Source: an uncultured delta proteobacterium (lineage in GTDB: Bacteria; Desulfobacterota; Desulfobacteria; Desulfobacterales; SG8-13). Taken from it: 64,000 nucleotides of DNA. A model generated the notes under the pieces. The model saw only the letters and a program-made list of their open reading frames with translations, ran no database searches and was not told the DNA's origin. Shown here in pieces: positions 30,794 through 41,856 of the stretch (positions within the stretch are counted from its first letter, which is position 1; each line of letters starts with the position of its first letter). The stretch lies in assembly GCA_963848135.1 (NCBI GenBank), contig CAWKCK010000018.1, positions 758,938 to 822,937 on the forward strand, in the 5' to 3' direction. Both the position numbers and the translations under genes were made by a program.

Positions 30794-31458
30794 AGTTTCA
30801 AGTCCTCCCTGACCACTTTTCGCGGTCCCCCTGCCCTATCGGTGGACCAGTCCTTCAATGGGCTGATGGTTTCGTATTCGTCCATCCGGTCTAATGCCTT
30901 GAGGCGATCGACAATCAACTGCCACGCGCAATCAACGTCTTTGTTGATCTCGCATTTGCCTTCCGTAGAGCCACCGCACGGTCCGTTTAGAATCCGCTTG
31001 GCGCAGCGGGATACGGGACAAATGCTTCCGGATACCGCCAGGATGCATTGGCCGCAGCCCTGGCAGCGTTCGCTCCACACACCGCGGGCCTCGGTCGCAC
31101 CCATGAACAGGGTGTTGACACCCGGGTAGACCGGTTTTGAATGATACTTCTCGGCAGTGAATTGGACACCGACGCCGCAGGCGATGGAAACGACCGCATC
31201 GTAGTTCTCGATGCTGTCACGAATTTCCTCCAGATACTCGTGGTCGCACTGGCGTTCCAGGGTATGCTCCCCGATATTCACCTCGCTTCCCTGTTGCAGA
31301 AAGTACATTCTCAGGGCGGAAGCCAGAATACCGACTTCTTTCTTCCCGCCGGCCTCGCAAACCGTCACGCATTCATTGCAGCCCAGGACGAGAATACTCC
31401 GGAACTCCTTAATCTCATCGATGATCTCTTCTATTGGTTTCTTATCGGCAACTATCAT
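30790..31458 (-). CDS. metV: MetV, Fe-S/Zn small subunit of MTHFR
   Basis: GCNECVTVC, ERQC, ACGVGVQ, CQGCGQC..CPVSRCAK..NGPCGG..CE..CAW; overlaps metF by 4 nt. Confidence 0.9.
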   Translation of the reverse strand: MIVADKKPIEEIIDEIKEFRSILVLGCNECVTVCEAGGKKEVGILASALRMYFLQQGSEVNIGEHTLERQCDHEYLEEIRDSIENYDAVVSIACGVGVQFTAEKYHSKPVYPGVNTLFMGATEARGVWSERCQGCGQCILAVSGSICPVSRCAKRILNGPCGGSTEGKCEINKDVDCAWQLIVDRLKALDRMDEYETISPLKDWSTDRAGGPRKVVREDLKL

Positions 31459-31536
31459 AAACCCTGCCCTCCTGCGTCGCGGTTTAATACCGCCGGTTTG
31501 TTGATTCGGTCTTTAATTAACTGCGCCTCACCGCTT

Positions 31537-32004
31537 TCAGGGCTGGGCCGTCATCTCCGGACCCGCCGTTGTCGGCGCTTTCTTCATCGGGACCGATTTG
31601 ATCGGATTCGGGCCGGCCTCGAGGATCTTCGCATGCATCTCTTCGGCATAGCGAACAAAGAGCGGACCGTCACTCGAGGATAGATTGCACATCCTCACGC
31701 GATGCCCTCCGATACCGATGGTATCGAGAATCTGCTGAACCTGCTCCACCCGTTTCCTGGCCCTGAAATTCCCGCTGTTATAATGGCAATCACCTTCCCG
31801 GCAGCCGACCACATACACACCGTCGGCCCCTTTTTCAAAGGCCCGCAGGATATGGAGGCTGTCGACTTTTCCGGTACAAGGGACACGGATAATTTTGATG
31901 GATGTGGGGTACGCCATCCGCATCGAACCTGCCAGGTCCGCGGCTGTGTACCCTCAGAAGTTGCAACAAAATGCGATAATAATCGGATCAAAGTTTGACT
32001 TCAT
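31537..32004 (-). CDS. mvhD: MvhD [2Fe-2S] protein, selenoprotein (Sec17)
   Basis: ATG 32004 overlaps the hdrA stop; IIAFCCNF-UGA-GYTAADLAG (31956-31954); RVPCTGKV and GCREGDCHY. Confidence 0.9.
31925..31939 (-). promoter_or_regulatory. Putative SECIS hairpin
   Basis: ggaccu-GGC-agguuc; loop at +21 from UGA. Confidence 0.65.
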
Positions 32005-35000
32005 AGGACTCCCTCCAATAATGCTTCCACCTTGCACAGTATCTGATCGTCCTCGTACCAGTTGAGCTCAATCGCCTTGGCCGGGCATTCCGCCGCACAG
32101 ATTCCGCAGCCATGACACAGCGCCTCGTCGATTTCACTGACGCCGTCAAGGTTAATTTTCGGCACCCCGTACGGACAGGACCGAACACAAATGAGACAGG
32201 AGGCACACAAATCGGCATTTACGCACGCCGTCACGGCCGATAAAGTCAAATGCCGTTGCGACAGAAAGGTCGTGGCCCGTGAGGCGGCGGCATAGGCCTG
32301 GGCGATCGACTCGGGCAACAGTTTCGGACTGTGTGCGGTGCCACAGACGAAAATTCCCTCGGTCGCCATATCTACCGGCCGGAGTTTGACATGCGCTTCC
32401 ATGAAGTGCCCTTCGGCCGTGCGCGCCAGTTTGACGATGGAGGCCAACTCTTCGGTGTCGCTGGCCACCATACCGGCGCTCAGAGCCAGTAAATCCGCCT
32501 CGACCTGCAGGGACCGACCCAGGATATGATCGGTAAACGTCACCTGCACGCCATCCTCTGTTAATTCAGCCTGGGGGGGATTTTGTGGGTCGAAACGGCT
32601 AAAGAGCACCCCTTTCTCCCGGGCTTCTTTGTAATAATCCTCCATCAGTCCGTAGGTGCGGATATCTCGATAGAGAATAAACACCTGGGCATCCGGGTTG
32701 AGGCTCTTTATCTTGAGTGCATTTTTTACCGCACTTTGGCAGCAGATCCGGGAACAATTGGGGTTTTCCTCGTTCCTCGATCCGATGCACTGGATCATCA
32801 CGACCTGGTTCAGTCCGTCCGCACCCTGCTCCTTGAGCCGTGCCGCCAGTTCCACCTGGGTGGCGATGCGTTCGCTCTCACCGTAGAGGTACTCTTTGGG
32901 TTCGTATTCTGTAGCGCCGGTGGCCAGAATGACAACCCCGTGATCGATTTTACGCTCGTACATACCCGGGCCCACCAGTACTTCGGTCGTGAAATTTCCT
33001 TTGAAACCGGTGAATCCCACCACTATGGAACGCGTCAGGACCTGGATATCCGGATGGTCAATGACCCGCTGGCTGAGATCCTGGAGATAGGCCTGAACAT
33101 CGGCGCCCTCGATGGTGAAGGTCAGCCGGTTGGCCATTCCACCCAGTTGATCCTCTTTCTCAATCAGAACCGTCTCATACCCCTGGTCCGCCAGCCCCAG
33201 GGCGGCATTCATGCCCGCTACCCCCCCACCGATCACGACCGCGCGTTGGTTCACGGAAATCACTTTTTCCTGCAGCGGGTAAAGGGTCTCCGCCCGGGCG
33301 ACGGCCATCTGCACCAGATCATGGGCCTTGGCCGTGGCTTCCTGCGGGTCATCCGCGTGGACCCATGAGTCCTGGTTGCGGATATTGGCCATCTCCAGGA
33401 GATATTTGTTAAGCCCCACGCTTTCGAGGGTGTCCATGAAAATCCCTTCATGGGTCTTGGGCGTGCAGGCCGCCACCACCACGCGATTGAGGCGGTGTTC
33501 TTTGATGAGCGCCTTCATCTGTTCCTGGGAATCCTGACTGCAGGTAAACAGGTTCTGGCCGGCATAAACCACTCCGGGTAATTTACGGGCCGTGTCTTCA
33601 ACGGTTTTTACGTCGACGACGCCGGCAATATTGACACCGCAGTTGCAGACGAAAACCCCAACTCGCGGTTCCTCTCCGGTCACATCGATTTCTTCGGGAA
33701 TGTCCACTGACTGTGTGCGCGTGTTTCGTGCGGCGCTCAGCCGGCCGCCGGCCAGACAGGCCGCCGCACTGGCCTCGGTGACTGAGGTGGGAATATCCTT
33801 GGGAGACTGAAATACGCCGCAGGCGAATACCCCCGGCCGTGAGGTCTCCACCGGCGCAAACGGCTCGGTCACCGCGAAGTTGTAACGGTCCAGATCGATG
33901 TCCAGGCGTTGGGCCAATTCAATGGTCGATGGAGATATCTGAAGGCCCACCGACAGCACCACGATGTCGAATGTCTCCTCTTGAACCGCACCGTCTTCGT
34001 CGACATAACGGATGCGCAGGTCTTTGTTTTCACCGACTTCATCGATGGTATGTATTCGGGCTTTGACGAATCGGACACCGGCTTTGTCCCGGGCCCGCTG
34101 GTAATATTTTTCGTAGTCCTTACCGAAGGTGCGGATATCCATGTTAAAAATGGCGCAGTCCAGGTCACCATGGGCATGCTCCTTGGCGATCATGGCGTCT
34201 TTGATGGCGTACATACAGCAGACCGAAGAACAATAACCGTTGCCGCACCTGTTGGTATCTCGCGATCCGATGCATTGGAGCCAAGCGACCTTCCGCGGTT
34301 CTTGGTCATCCGAGGGACGCACCAAGTGACCTATGGTGGGCCCGGAAGCGCTCAAAATCCGCTCGAACTCGAGGCTGGTCATGACGTTGGGATTGCTCTG
34401 GTAATGATAGAAGGCTTCCAAGCCGGAAGGATCAAACGGCTCACTTCCCGGGCAGAGCACCAAGGACCCGACGTCGATATCCTTCTCCACCAATTGCTGA
34501 CTGTGGTCGACGGCTTCAGCCAAACAGGCGGAAACACATTGGTTGCATTCGCAACAGTAGCCGCAGTTCAGACACCGACCGGCCTCTGTGTGGCCGTCGG
34601 AAACCGGGTACCCCAGTTCGACCTCGTTAAAATTACCGGCCCGTTGGTCGACGGCCAGCGCCGGCATCTCCCTGCGGCGCGCGATGGAGACATCCTCCGG
34701 AATCGGACGATAGACCGGATTTTCGTTCGAAAGAGGCTGACGCTCAGCCGTCAGATCCTTCCCATCCAGATAGCGGATGATAGACTCGGCGGCCTCGCGA
34801 CCGGCAGCGATGGCGCCAATGGCAATCCAGGGTCCGGTCTGCAGGTCACCGCCGGCAAAGACCCCCGGCCGCCCGGTGGCGTAGGAGACAGCATCCACTT
34901 CGACCGTGCCCCAGCGTGAAAAATCCAACCCGCTCACGTCTTCAAGCCCGGACAGGTCGGGTCGTTGACCGATGGCGGGTATCAGCTGGTCGATCTCGAT

Positions 35001-36452
35001 GTCGTATTCGCTTCCCGGAATGGGCACCGGCCGCTTGCGTCCGGAGGAATCCGGCTCCGTTAATTTCATGCGGATGCAGCGCAGACCGACAACCCGGCCA
35101 TCCTCGGCGAGTATTTCCTGGGGGGCGGCCAGATACGAGACGGTCACCCCTTCGGCCTCTGCGGCAGCAATTTCCTCCTCCCAGGCCGGCATCTCCGCCC
35201 GGGTGCGGCGGTAGATAATGCTAACCTCTGCGGCACCCAGCCTAACGGCCGCGCGCGCCACATCGATGGCAACGTTACCACCACCGATAATGGCCACCTT
35301 TTTCCCGACCGCGGCTGTGCCGGTCAGGTTGACTTCGCGCAAGAAATCGACGCCTTGTCGAACACCCCTGGATTTCTCACCGGGAATCCCCAGGTCAAAG
35401 CCCTTGTGAGCGCCCAGGGCCAGGTAAACAGCGCTGAAGCCGCGGTCGAAGAGATCATCGACACTCAAATCCGGACCCAAGGGAGTGCTGGTTTTGATTT
35501 CCACCCCCAGATTGGTGATAACCTCGATTTCCTGGTCAAGAATATCTCGGGGCAGCCGATGGGCCGGGATGCCGACGCGAAGCATTCCGCCGGCTTGAGG
35601 CAGGGCTTCAAAAATGGTAGATAATACGCCTCGGCGTGCCAGGTGATAGGCGGCGGAAAGCCCCGCTGGACCCGATCCGATGATGGCCGCCTTTTCTTTG
35701 CGGGGCGCTGGGCGGGCAATCTCGATCTGCCGGGGATCAAATTGATCGGCGGCCAACCGTTTGAGATCCCGGATGGCGACCGGATCATCGACGTCACAGC
35801 GACGGCAGGCATCCTCGCATCCATGGGGACAAATCCTTCCCAGCACACCGGGAAGGGGCAGTTCTTCCATAATAATGTCGAGCGCCTCTTTATATTTACC
35901 CTCCCGAACCATTTGGACGTAACCCTGGACATTCAGGCCGGCCGGGCAGGCCAAGCGACAAGGGGCCTTGTCGCACTTCTCGATGGCAAAGGCACCCGGA
36001 ATGGCCTGCGCATACTTCTTGTATGCGGCTTTCCTCACGGACAGCCCTTCGTCGTATTCGTTGGGCAGCTCTACGGGACAGACCTTGGTGCACTCACCAC
36101 AACTGGTGCATTTGGAAAGGTCGATGAAGCGGGGTTTTTGGCGGATACGGGCCTTGAAACGCCCCGGTTCCCCCTTGAGGTTGAGAAGTTCGGTGTTTGT
36201 CAGAAGCTCGATGTTCAGGTGCCGGCCGACCTCGACCAGTTTGGGCGAGATAATTCACATGGCACAATCATTGGTGGGAAACGTCTTGTCGAGCTGCGAC
36301 ATCAGGCCGCCGATAGCCGATGATTTTTCGACGAGATAGACGTAATAGCCTGAATTGGCCAAATCGAGAGCGGACTGCATGCCGGCGATTCCGCCGCCGA
36401 GAACCATTACCGCTCCGACCGTCTGGTTATCCTTTTCGATAGTAACGTCCAT
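32001..36452 (-). CDS. hdrA: HdrA-like flavoprotein with inserted GltD/NfnB-like NAD(P)H module (HdrL type), selenoprotein (Sec66), ~1483 aa
   Basis: VLGGGIAG...[20 protein letters not shown] (36257-36255), open into ORF 32001..36038; [39 protein letters not shown]; two QCIGSR...CSxxCC HdrA repeats; C-terminal ferredoxin. Confidence 0.92.
36222..36239 (-). promoter_or_regulatory. SECIS hairpin
   Basis: cuggucg-AGGU-cggccgg; GG at +24; identical in all three hdrA genes. Confidence 0.75.
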
Positions 36453-36461
36453 ATTTCCCCC

Positions 36462-37331
36462 CTATATTTTTTCCAGAACCTCAGGAAGCCTGTGCTCCCA
36501 TCCTATGGTGGACAAAAGAACCCCGTTGAATCCATCCCGTTTGAGAGTGGAAACCATTTCGGCCGCAACCTGGATGCACTCGCGCACCTTGTCCGGAGCA
36601 CGCCGGATCCGCTCGATGATGGTATCCGGAATGTGGATGTGCGGCATGTTCTGGGCGATGTAGCGCGCCATCCCCAGGGACTTGAGCAGCAGCACGGTGG
36701 GCACGACGAAATATTTGCGTCGATCGATCCGTTTGAGGAACGGTTCGATGTCGGCAATGTCAAACAGCGGCGGTGTGATGAAAAAACGGGCCCCGGCTTC
36801 AGCGCGCTTCATCATCTCCTCCAGCTCAACTTCGGGAGATTTGCCCCTGGCGCCGGCGCCGGCGGTAGAGCCGACCAGAAATTCCGGGGCGCCGGCCAGT
36901 TCGATCCCGGCCATGTCACGCCCTGCCTGAAGCTGTTGAACAGTCGACAGCAGTTCAATCAGGTCGATGTCATAGACGGATCGGGCCTGGTGATGATCAC
37001 CAAAACTCGGATCTTCGCCACTGACCGCCATGACGTTTTCTATTCCAAGAGCAGAAGCCGCCAGAAGATCGGCCTGAAGGGCCAGACGGTTTCGATCCCG
37101 GCAACAGATTTGAAAGACGGTCGGTAAACCCTCTTTCTGCAAAACCATTGCGCCACCCAGCGAACTCATCCGCATCACGGCGTTGCTCATCTCCGGAACA
37201 ACGAACGCGTCGATTCTGTCTTTGACCTTCTTGGCACAGGCGATCATCATACCGGCGTTGGCGCCCTTGGGGGGCTCCATCTCCGCAAGCACGGCAAATT
37301 CATTTGCCTCGAATTTGCGTTTTAGATCCAT
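36462..37331 (-). CDS. Divergent MetF/MTHFR-family paralogue
   Basis: AEMEPPKG, RDRNRLALQADLL, GDH, C-terminal GWE; several motifs altered relative to metF at 29861. Confidence 0.85.
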   Translation of the reverse strand: MDLKRKFEANEFAVLAEMEPPKGANAGMMIACAKKVKDRIDAFVVPEMSNAVMRMSSLGGAMVLQKEGLPTVFQICCRDRNRLALQADLLAASALGIENVMAVSGEDPSFGDHHQARSVYDIDLIELLSTVQQLQAGRDMAGIELAGAPEFLVGSTAGAGARGKSPEVELEEMMKRAEAGARFFITPPLFDIADIEPFLKRIDRRKYFVVPTVLLLKSLGMARYIAQNMPHIHIPDTIIERIRRAPDKVRECIQVAAEMVSTLKRDGFNGVLLSTIGWEHRLPEVLEKI

Positions 37332-37469
37332 CAGCTTTCCTCCGTTTGTTTGGAAATGCGAAACATTTGCGCAGCTAAATCGAGATATTCTTGCCTTATT
37401 TGAAATGACATTTGCGATGTTCGGATGGTGTAATCAATTGCGGAAATGGATCATTGATCGTGTTCTTCA

Positions 37470-37484
37470 GCAATAAGCATACCA
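37470..37484 (-). promoter_or_regulatory. Sigma54 (-24/-12) promoter of the metF'-hdrA-mvhD-metV-metF operon
   Basis: TGGTATGCTTATTGC = GG-N10-GC on the minus strand; divergent sigma54 activator adjacent. Confidence 0.75.
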
Positions 37485-37573
37485 TCACCGGCAAATAGTT
37501 AATAATACAAATAATTACAGTTAATTATGAAATTTAAAGTTATAAAAACAGGTGTATAAATCATTGATTAAAC

Positions 37574-37661
37574 TATGCCAAAATGGCCCATAGCCTTTTT
37601 TTGTGGACAATTTCAATACGTTTACCTATTATGCCAATTTGGAATAGGCCAAAATGGCATA
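37574..37661. promoter_or_regulatory. Three palindromic operator/UAS sites TATGCCA-N3-TGGCATA
   Basis: tatgccaaaatggccca 37574-90, tatgccaatttggaata 37630-46, taggccaaaatggcata 37645-61. Confidence 0.7.
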
Positions 37662-37678
37662 ATCTCTGAGGGGATACA

Positions 37679-39049
37679 ATGACAACGAGAATATTGGTCG
37701 TCGATGACGATCGGGACTATCTGGAACTAATGAAAGCGCGACTGACGGGGGCCGGTTTTCAGAAAATACGGGTAGAGGATGATCCTCTTAAGGCCGCCGC
37801 GCTGGTTCTATCGGAGGAAATCTTTGACATCGCCCTGATCGACATGACGATGCCGGAGATGGACGGGCTGCAACTGCTCGATATCTTCAAAAACAATAGC
37901 CCGGGGACCGATTGTATCATTGTGACGGCGGTGAACGAGGCCCGTGTGGCCGTTCAGTGCCTCAGAAAAGGGGCTTACGATTATCTGGTCAAACCGATCA
38001 GCGAGGAAGATCTCGTCTTTTCTCTCAAACGGGCTCTCGAAAAAAGACGCCTTGTGGAAATTTTGGATATCGAAAAGAGTCGAAAACTACCCGTTTTGAC
38101 CAATCCGGAGGCCTTCCGGTCGATCATCACCCGTTCGGCGCGGATGATGCGGCTTTTGAAAGAGGCTGAACTGCACGCCGCCAGTGTGATGCCGATTCTC
38201 ATTACCGGAGAAAGCGGAACCGGTAAAGAACTGCTTGCGCGGGCAATCCACGCTACCAGCCCGCGGGCCCGCTATCCTTTTATGCCCGTCAATATGGCGG
38301 CCATCAATGCCCACCTCTTCGAGGCGGAATTTTTCGGCCACACCCGGGGCGCCTTCACCGGAGCGGAAAAGGACCGGGCCGGTTATCTGAAAAATGCCCA
38401 CCACGGTACACTGTTTCTGGATGAAATCGGCAATCTGCCCCAGGCGATGCAAGCCAAGCTGTTACGCGTGCTTCAGGACGGTGAATACAATCAGCTGGGT
38501 TCGAGCATCAGCCTCAAGGCTGACGTGCGTTTGGTCGCGGCCACCAACGAAAGCCTGGAAGAAATGATATCCCAACAAAGGTTTCGCAAAGATTTGTACT
38601 ATCGGATCAAGGGCGGATGGCTCCATCTGCCTCCTCTCAGGGAAAGGGTGGAAGACATACCCCTACTGGTGGATCGCTTTCTGGACGACTATTGCGACCC
38701 CTCCCGGCAGTGCCGCATTGATGATGAGACCCTCTGCTTGTTAAGCCAATACGATTATCCCGGCAATATCCGGGAACTCAAATCCATCATCCAGTCCGCC
38801 GTGAATCTTTCCCAAGGAAAGGACATTACAGCCAGATTTTTCCCTGAGGAGCTGCGTCAGCACGTAGCGGTGACACATTGCGCACAGCCTGTTGATTCCG
38901 AAGCGATTGCGCCCCTGTCCCAGATCGAAAAATCCCATATTTTGGATGCCTACAGCCGCCTGAGCGGCAATAAGTCTCAAACCGCTCGGGTTCTCGGCAT
39001 CGGGTTGAACACTTTGAGAAGAAAGTTGAAGTCCTATGGCATGAACTAG
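37679..39049 (+). CDS. Sigma54-dependent response regulator (NtrC family)
   Basis: Receiver, GESGTGKE, GAFTGA, LFLDEIG, YPGNIREL, Fis-type HTH. Confidence 0.94.
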   Translation: MTTRILVVDDDRDYLELMKARLTGAGFQKIRVEDDPLKAAALVLSEEIFDIALIDMTMPEMDGLQLLDIFKNNSPGTDCIIVTAVNEARVAVQCLRKGAYDYLVKPISEEDLVFSLKRALEKRRLVEILDIEKSRKLPVLTNPEAFRSIITRSARMMRLLKEAELHAASVMPILITGESGTGKELLARAIHATSPRARYPFMPVNMAAINAHLFEAEFFGHTRGAFTGAEKDRAGYLKNAHHGTLFLDEIGNLPQAMQAKLLRVLQDGEYNQLGSSISLKADVRLVAATNESLEEMISQQRFRKDLYYRIKGGWLHLPPLRERVEDIPLLVDRFLDDYCDPSRQCRIDDETLCLLSQYDYPGNIRELKSIIQSAVNLSQGKDITARFFPEELRQHVAVTHCAQPVDSEAIAPLSQIEKSHILDAYSRLSGNKSQTARVLGIGLNTLRRKLKSYGMN

Positions 39050-39767
39050 TATCCGACCATAAATTGTCATCACTGATTTACACAGATACATTGTAAGAGT
39101 TTTATCCATTGTCCCGCAGCTGGGTAAAACAGTAAAAATTGATATTCTCTTTTGGCTGCAATCAAAATTTGAAGTGAAATTCTATAGGAAGGGATGATTG
39201 ATAAAAGAGGTTTGTACGAGGCCGCCTGGAGGACGTTTCGGCACGATATTTTTATATGGGTTTTGCAGGATAGTTCGGATGACATCCATAAAAAAAGGTG
39301 ATTTAAAATCAATAGGTGTTGCCATGGGTCCATCTATACCTGATTTTTCAGTTTTTAACAGAAAAATCAGGCAAAGAATGCACTGAGCAGACCTGCTGGT
39401 CGATTATCATATTACTACGTCGCAATTATAAAAAATCCTACTATTTATAGTACTTGACAAGCTACTTGCCTTTTGAGATATAAATATTGTATATGAGTAA
39501 TCTCCTATATATCTCAGATTGCTCTAAAATATTTCAATTTGATATTTCTACGGTGTTAGCAGCTGCACCGGCGACGCTTCGGGTTGCCAATCACATTCCG
39601 ATCTCTTCTACTCTTTCGTTCCGGCAACCACCAATAATTCAATTCGAATTCCAACGACTCTTACAGTAACGGCTCTGTCTTTCTGAATTACAGATACACT
39701 CTAACCATTCTTCAAGCATTATCATCGTTTCGAAAACCGGGTTAAGAGGGGAAAGGGGGACGGGAAA

Positions 39768-40427
39768 ATGACCGTAAAATTGAATCATTACTATTCTATC
39801 AACCCGATCAAGAGCAAAGAGTACAAAAAATTCATTATCAAAAAATTCATTCCCGGCGTCAACCGGTTGGGCATGCATACGGTTGCCGTATGGTCGGTCA
39901 TGGTCGGCGCTTATAGTGAAATCGTTTTCGAAAGTGTCGCTAACGATCTTGATCTGCTCGAAAAGGCCCTGCGCGATCCCGAATACCAAAAATTGAAAAG
40001 CGACCTTTTCAACTACATTAAAAATTACCAAACCAAAGTGCTGGTAAAAACCGGCAAGGTGGATGCCTACTCGACCGACATCCGGGAAGATACTGTAAAG
40101 TTTACCCAAATGTGGGACGTGGTTTCGGAAAAGCAGGAAGAATACAACAAGTTTACGAATGAAGAGTTTTACCCAGTGCTCAGTGAGCTGGGAATAACAG
40201 TGGCCGGGGAGTGGGAAGTCCTGATCGGCGATGGCCCCAGAATTATCTGTGAAGGCAGGGCCACAACCGCCGGAAATCTGATCCCCAACCTGCAAAGTAA
40301 AAAAATGCATCGAACCCTGAACAAACTCAAGTACTATGTGGAAAACTATCGAAGCCGCATCCTGACATTCCATATTCAAAAGGTAAAAGGCTATAAATCG
40401 GCCAGCTACAATATCATTTGGGGCTGA
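39768..40427 (+). CDS. Hypothetical protein, two internally repeated halves (NIPSNAP/dimeric alpha-beta barrel-like)
   Basis: EYKKFIIKKFIPGVNRLGMHTVAVWSVMVG versus EYNKFTNEEFYPVLSELGITVAGEWEVLIG; purine-rich RBS. Confidence 0.65.
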   Translation: MTVKLNHYYSINPIKSKEYKKFIIKKFIPGVNRLGMHTVAVWSVMVGAYSEIVFESVANDLDLLEKALRDPEYQKLKSDLFNYIKNYQTKVLVKTGKVDAYSTDIREDTVKFTQMWDVVSEKQEEYNKFTNEEFYPVLSELGITVAGEWEVLIGDGPRIICEGRATTAGNLIPNLQSKKMHRTLNKLKYYVENYRSRILTFHIQKVKGYKSASYNIIWG

Positions 40428-40574
40428 CAGCGCTATCAACGCTCACAAGCCGTTGGCTCTTCTTGTAACATCCACAGATGATGAGTCTTACAGCTTTTTA
40501 TCGACCGATCGGCACCGCAAGAGGGTCAGTGGCTTGGACATGGAATTCACTGATACGCATGGGGAAAATGAGAC

Positions 40575-41153
40575 ATGGCACTTGACACTTTGAATTCTTC
40601 TGACCGTAGATCAGACCAAAACGCTTCAAGCCATCAACCACCCCAAAAGACCGCCAAATTCCGCTTGGCCCCGCTGCCCTTTTTGCTGACGTTTCTGATC
40701 TTATTTGCTTTCTGGTTGATCTTTTCCGGTAAATTCGATCCTTTTCACATCTTTCTTGGAGTCGTCAGTTGCCTGATCGTGGCGGCCCTGTCCAGCGATC
40801 TGTTTTTTTCATCTCCTATCGACTGGAGACTGTTCATGAGCTGGATCAGATTCGTCGGCTATATCCCCTGGCTTCTCTATCAGGTTTTTCTGGCCAACCT
40901 GCACGTTCTCTACTTAACATTTCATCCCAAGTTGATAGAAAAGATCGATCCACACATCATCACCTTCGACAGCCATTTGCAGAGCGACGTAGCACGCACG
41001 ACCTTTGCGAATTCAATCACCTTAACACCCGGCACCATTACGGTCTCAGTCAATGTGATGGGCAGATTTTCCGTTCACTGCATTGATAGGCCATCGGGGC
41101 AGGCGCTTCCCGGCGAGATGGAACGCCGCGTCGGCCTCGTATTCAAAGAATAA
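40575..41153 (+). CDS. mnhE: Na+/H+ antiporter subunit E
   Basis: FANSITLTPGTITV motif. Confidence 0.9.
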   Translation: MALDTLNSSDRRSDQNASSHQPPQKTAKFRLAPLPFLLTFLILFAFWLIFSGKFDPFHIFLGVVSCLIVAALSSDLFFSSPIDWRLFMSWIRFVGYIPWLLYQVFLANLHVLYLTFHPKLIEKIDPHIITFDSHLQSDVARTTFANSITLTPGTITVSVNVMGRFSVHCIDRPSGQALPGEMERRVGLVFKE

Positions 41154-41440
41154 TGGAACAGACCTTCTTAATTGCCAGTATAATTATATCCCTCCTGATG
41201 TTTCTATCGCTGTATCGTGCGGTGAGTGGTCCGACGGTTCTCGACCGCCTGATCGGTGTGAACGCCATGGGCAGTAAGACGACGACCCTGTTGGTTCTGA
41301 TCGGCTTGCTCTATCAGCGTGTCGACATGTTCGTCGATATCGCACTGGCCTACGCCATGTTGAATTTTATCGCCGTGCTGGCGGCATCCCGATACTTCCA
41401 AAAAAGAAAAGGACTCTATGACGAAGGCGCTCAACAGTAG
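41153..41440 (+). CDS. mnhF: Na+/H+ antiporter subunit F
   Basis: GPTVLDRLIG, DIALAYAMLNF. Confidence 0.9.
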   Translation: MEQTFLIASIIISLLMFLSLYRAVSGPTVLDRLIGVNAMGSKTTTLLVLIGLLYQRVDMFVDIALAYAMLNFIAVLAASRYFQKRKGLYDEGAQQ

Positions 41441-41514
41441 CGGATGGGTCCAGCGACAGTCCTTTTTCGCCGGCATCAATTGATGGGTAAAACCTAAAAG
41501 ACGGACTTGGTACA

Positions 41515-41856
41515 ATGATCATCCTATTCATACTTCTTTTAATGTGCGGCCTCGTTTTTTTCACTGGCGGTACATTGGGAATTCTGCGCTTCCCGGATTT
41601 TTACACCCGACTGCACCCGGCCGGCAAACTGGACACTTTCGGCCTGGTGACCACAATGGGCGCGCTATCTACCTACGTGATGTTTTCTCAACACCAACCA
41701 CTAACGGCATTGAAGATCGTTCTGATCGTTGTGTTTGTCTTTATTACAAGCCCGACAGCAACCCATGCGATCGTCGATGCCGGGGTGCGGGCCGGTCTCA
41801 GGCCATGGAAAAAAGACACTTCCAACGCAGAGGCAAGAGATGTTCTGGCAGATTGA
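41515..41856 (+). CDS. mnhG: Na+/H+ antiporter subunit G
   Basis: GILRFPDFYTRLH, TSPTATHAI. Confidence 0.9.
   Translation: MIILFILLLMCGLVFFTGGTLGILRFPDFYTRLHPAGKLDTFGLVTTMGALSTYVMFSQHQPLTALKIVLIVVFVFITSPTATHAIVDAGVRAGLRPWKKDTSNAEARDVLAD

Noticed and set aside
32001..32003. Terminal UGA codons (hdrA, gspE, yjbQ and others) as further Sec sites
   Set aside because: The proteins are complete at those points and no conserved Cys is expected there
36255..36452. Short 60-90 aa ORFs at 36255, 58048, 61149 and 61976 as small proteins or pseudogene fragments
   Set aside because: They are N-termini of selenoproteins ending at the recoded UGA
39050..39760. AT-rich 700-bp gap as a hidden gene or foreign island
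   Set aside because: Only short motif-less ORFs; consistent with a promoter region (TTGACA at 39454)
40446..40492. Fluoride-riboswitch-like tail (UGAUGAGUCUUAC) upstream of mnhE
   Set aside because: The 5' GAUGG stem and pseudoknot register do not fit; would need a covariance-model hit
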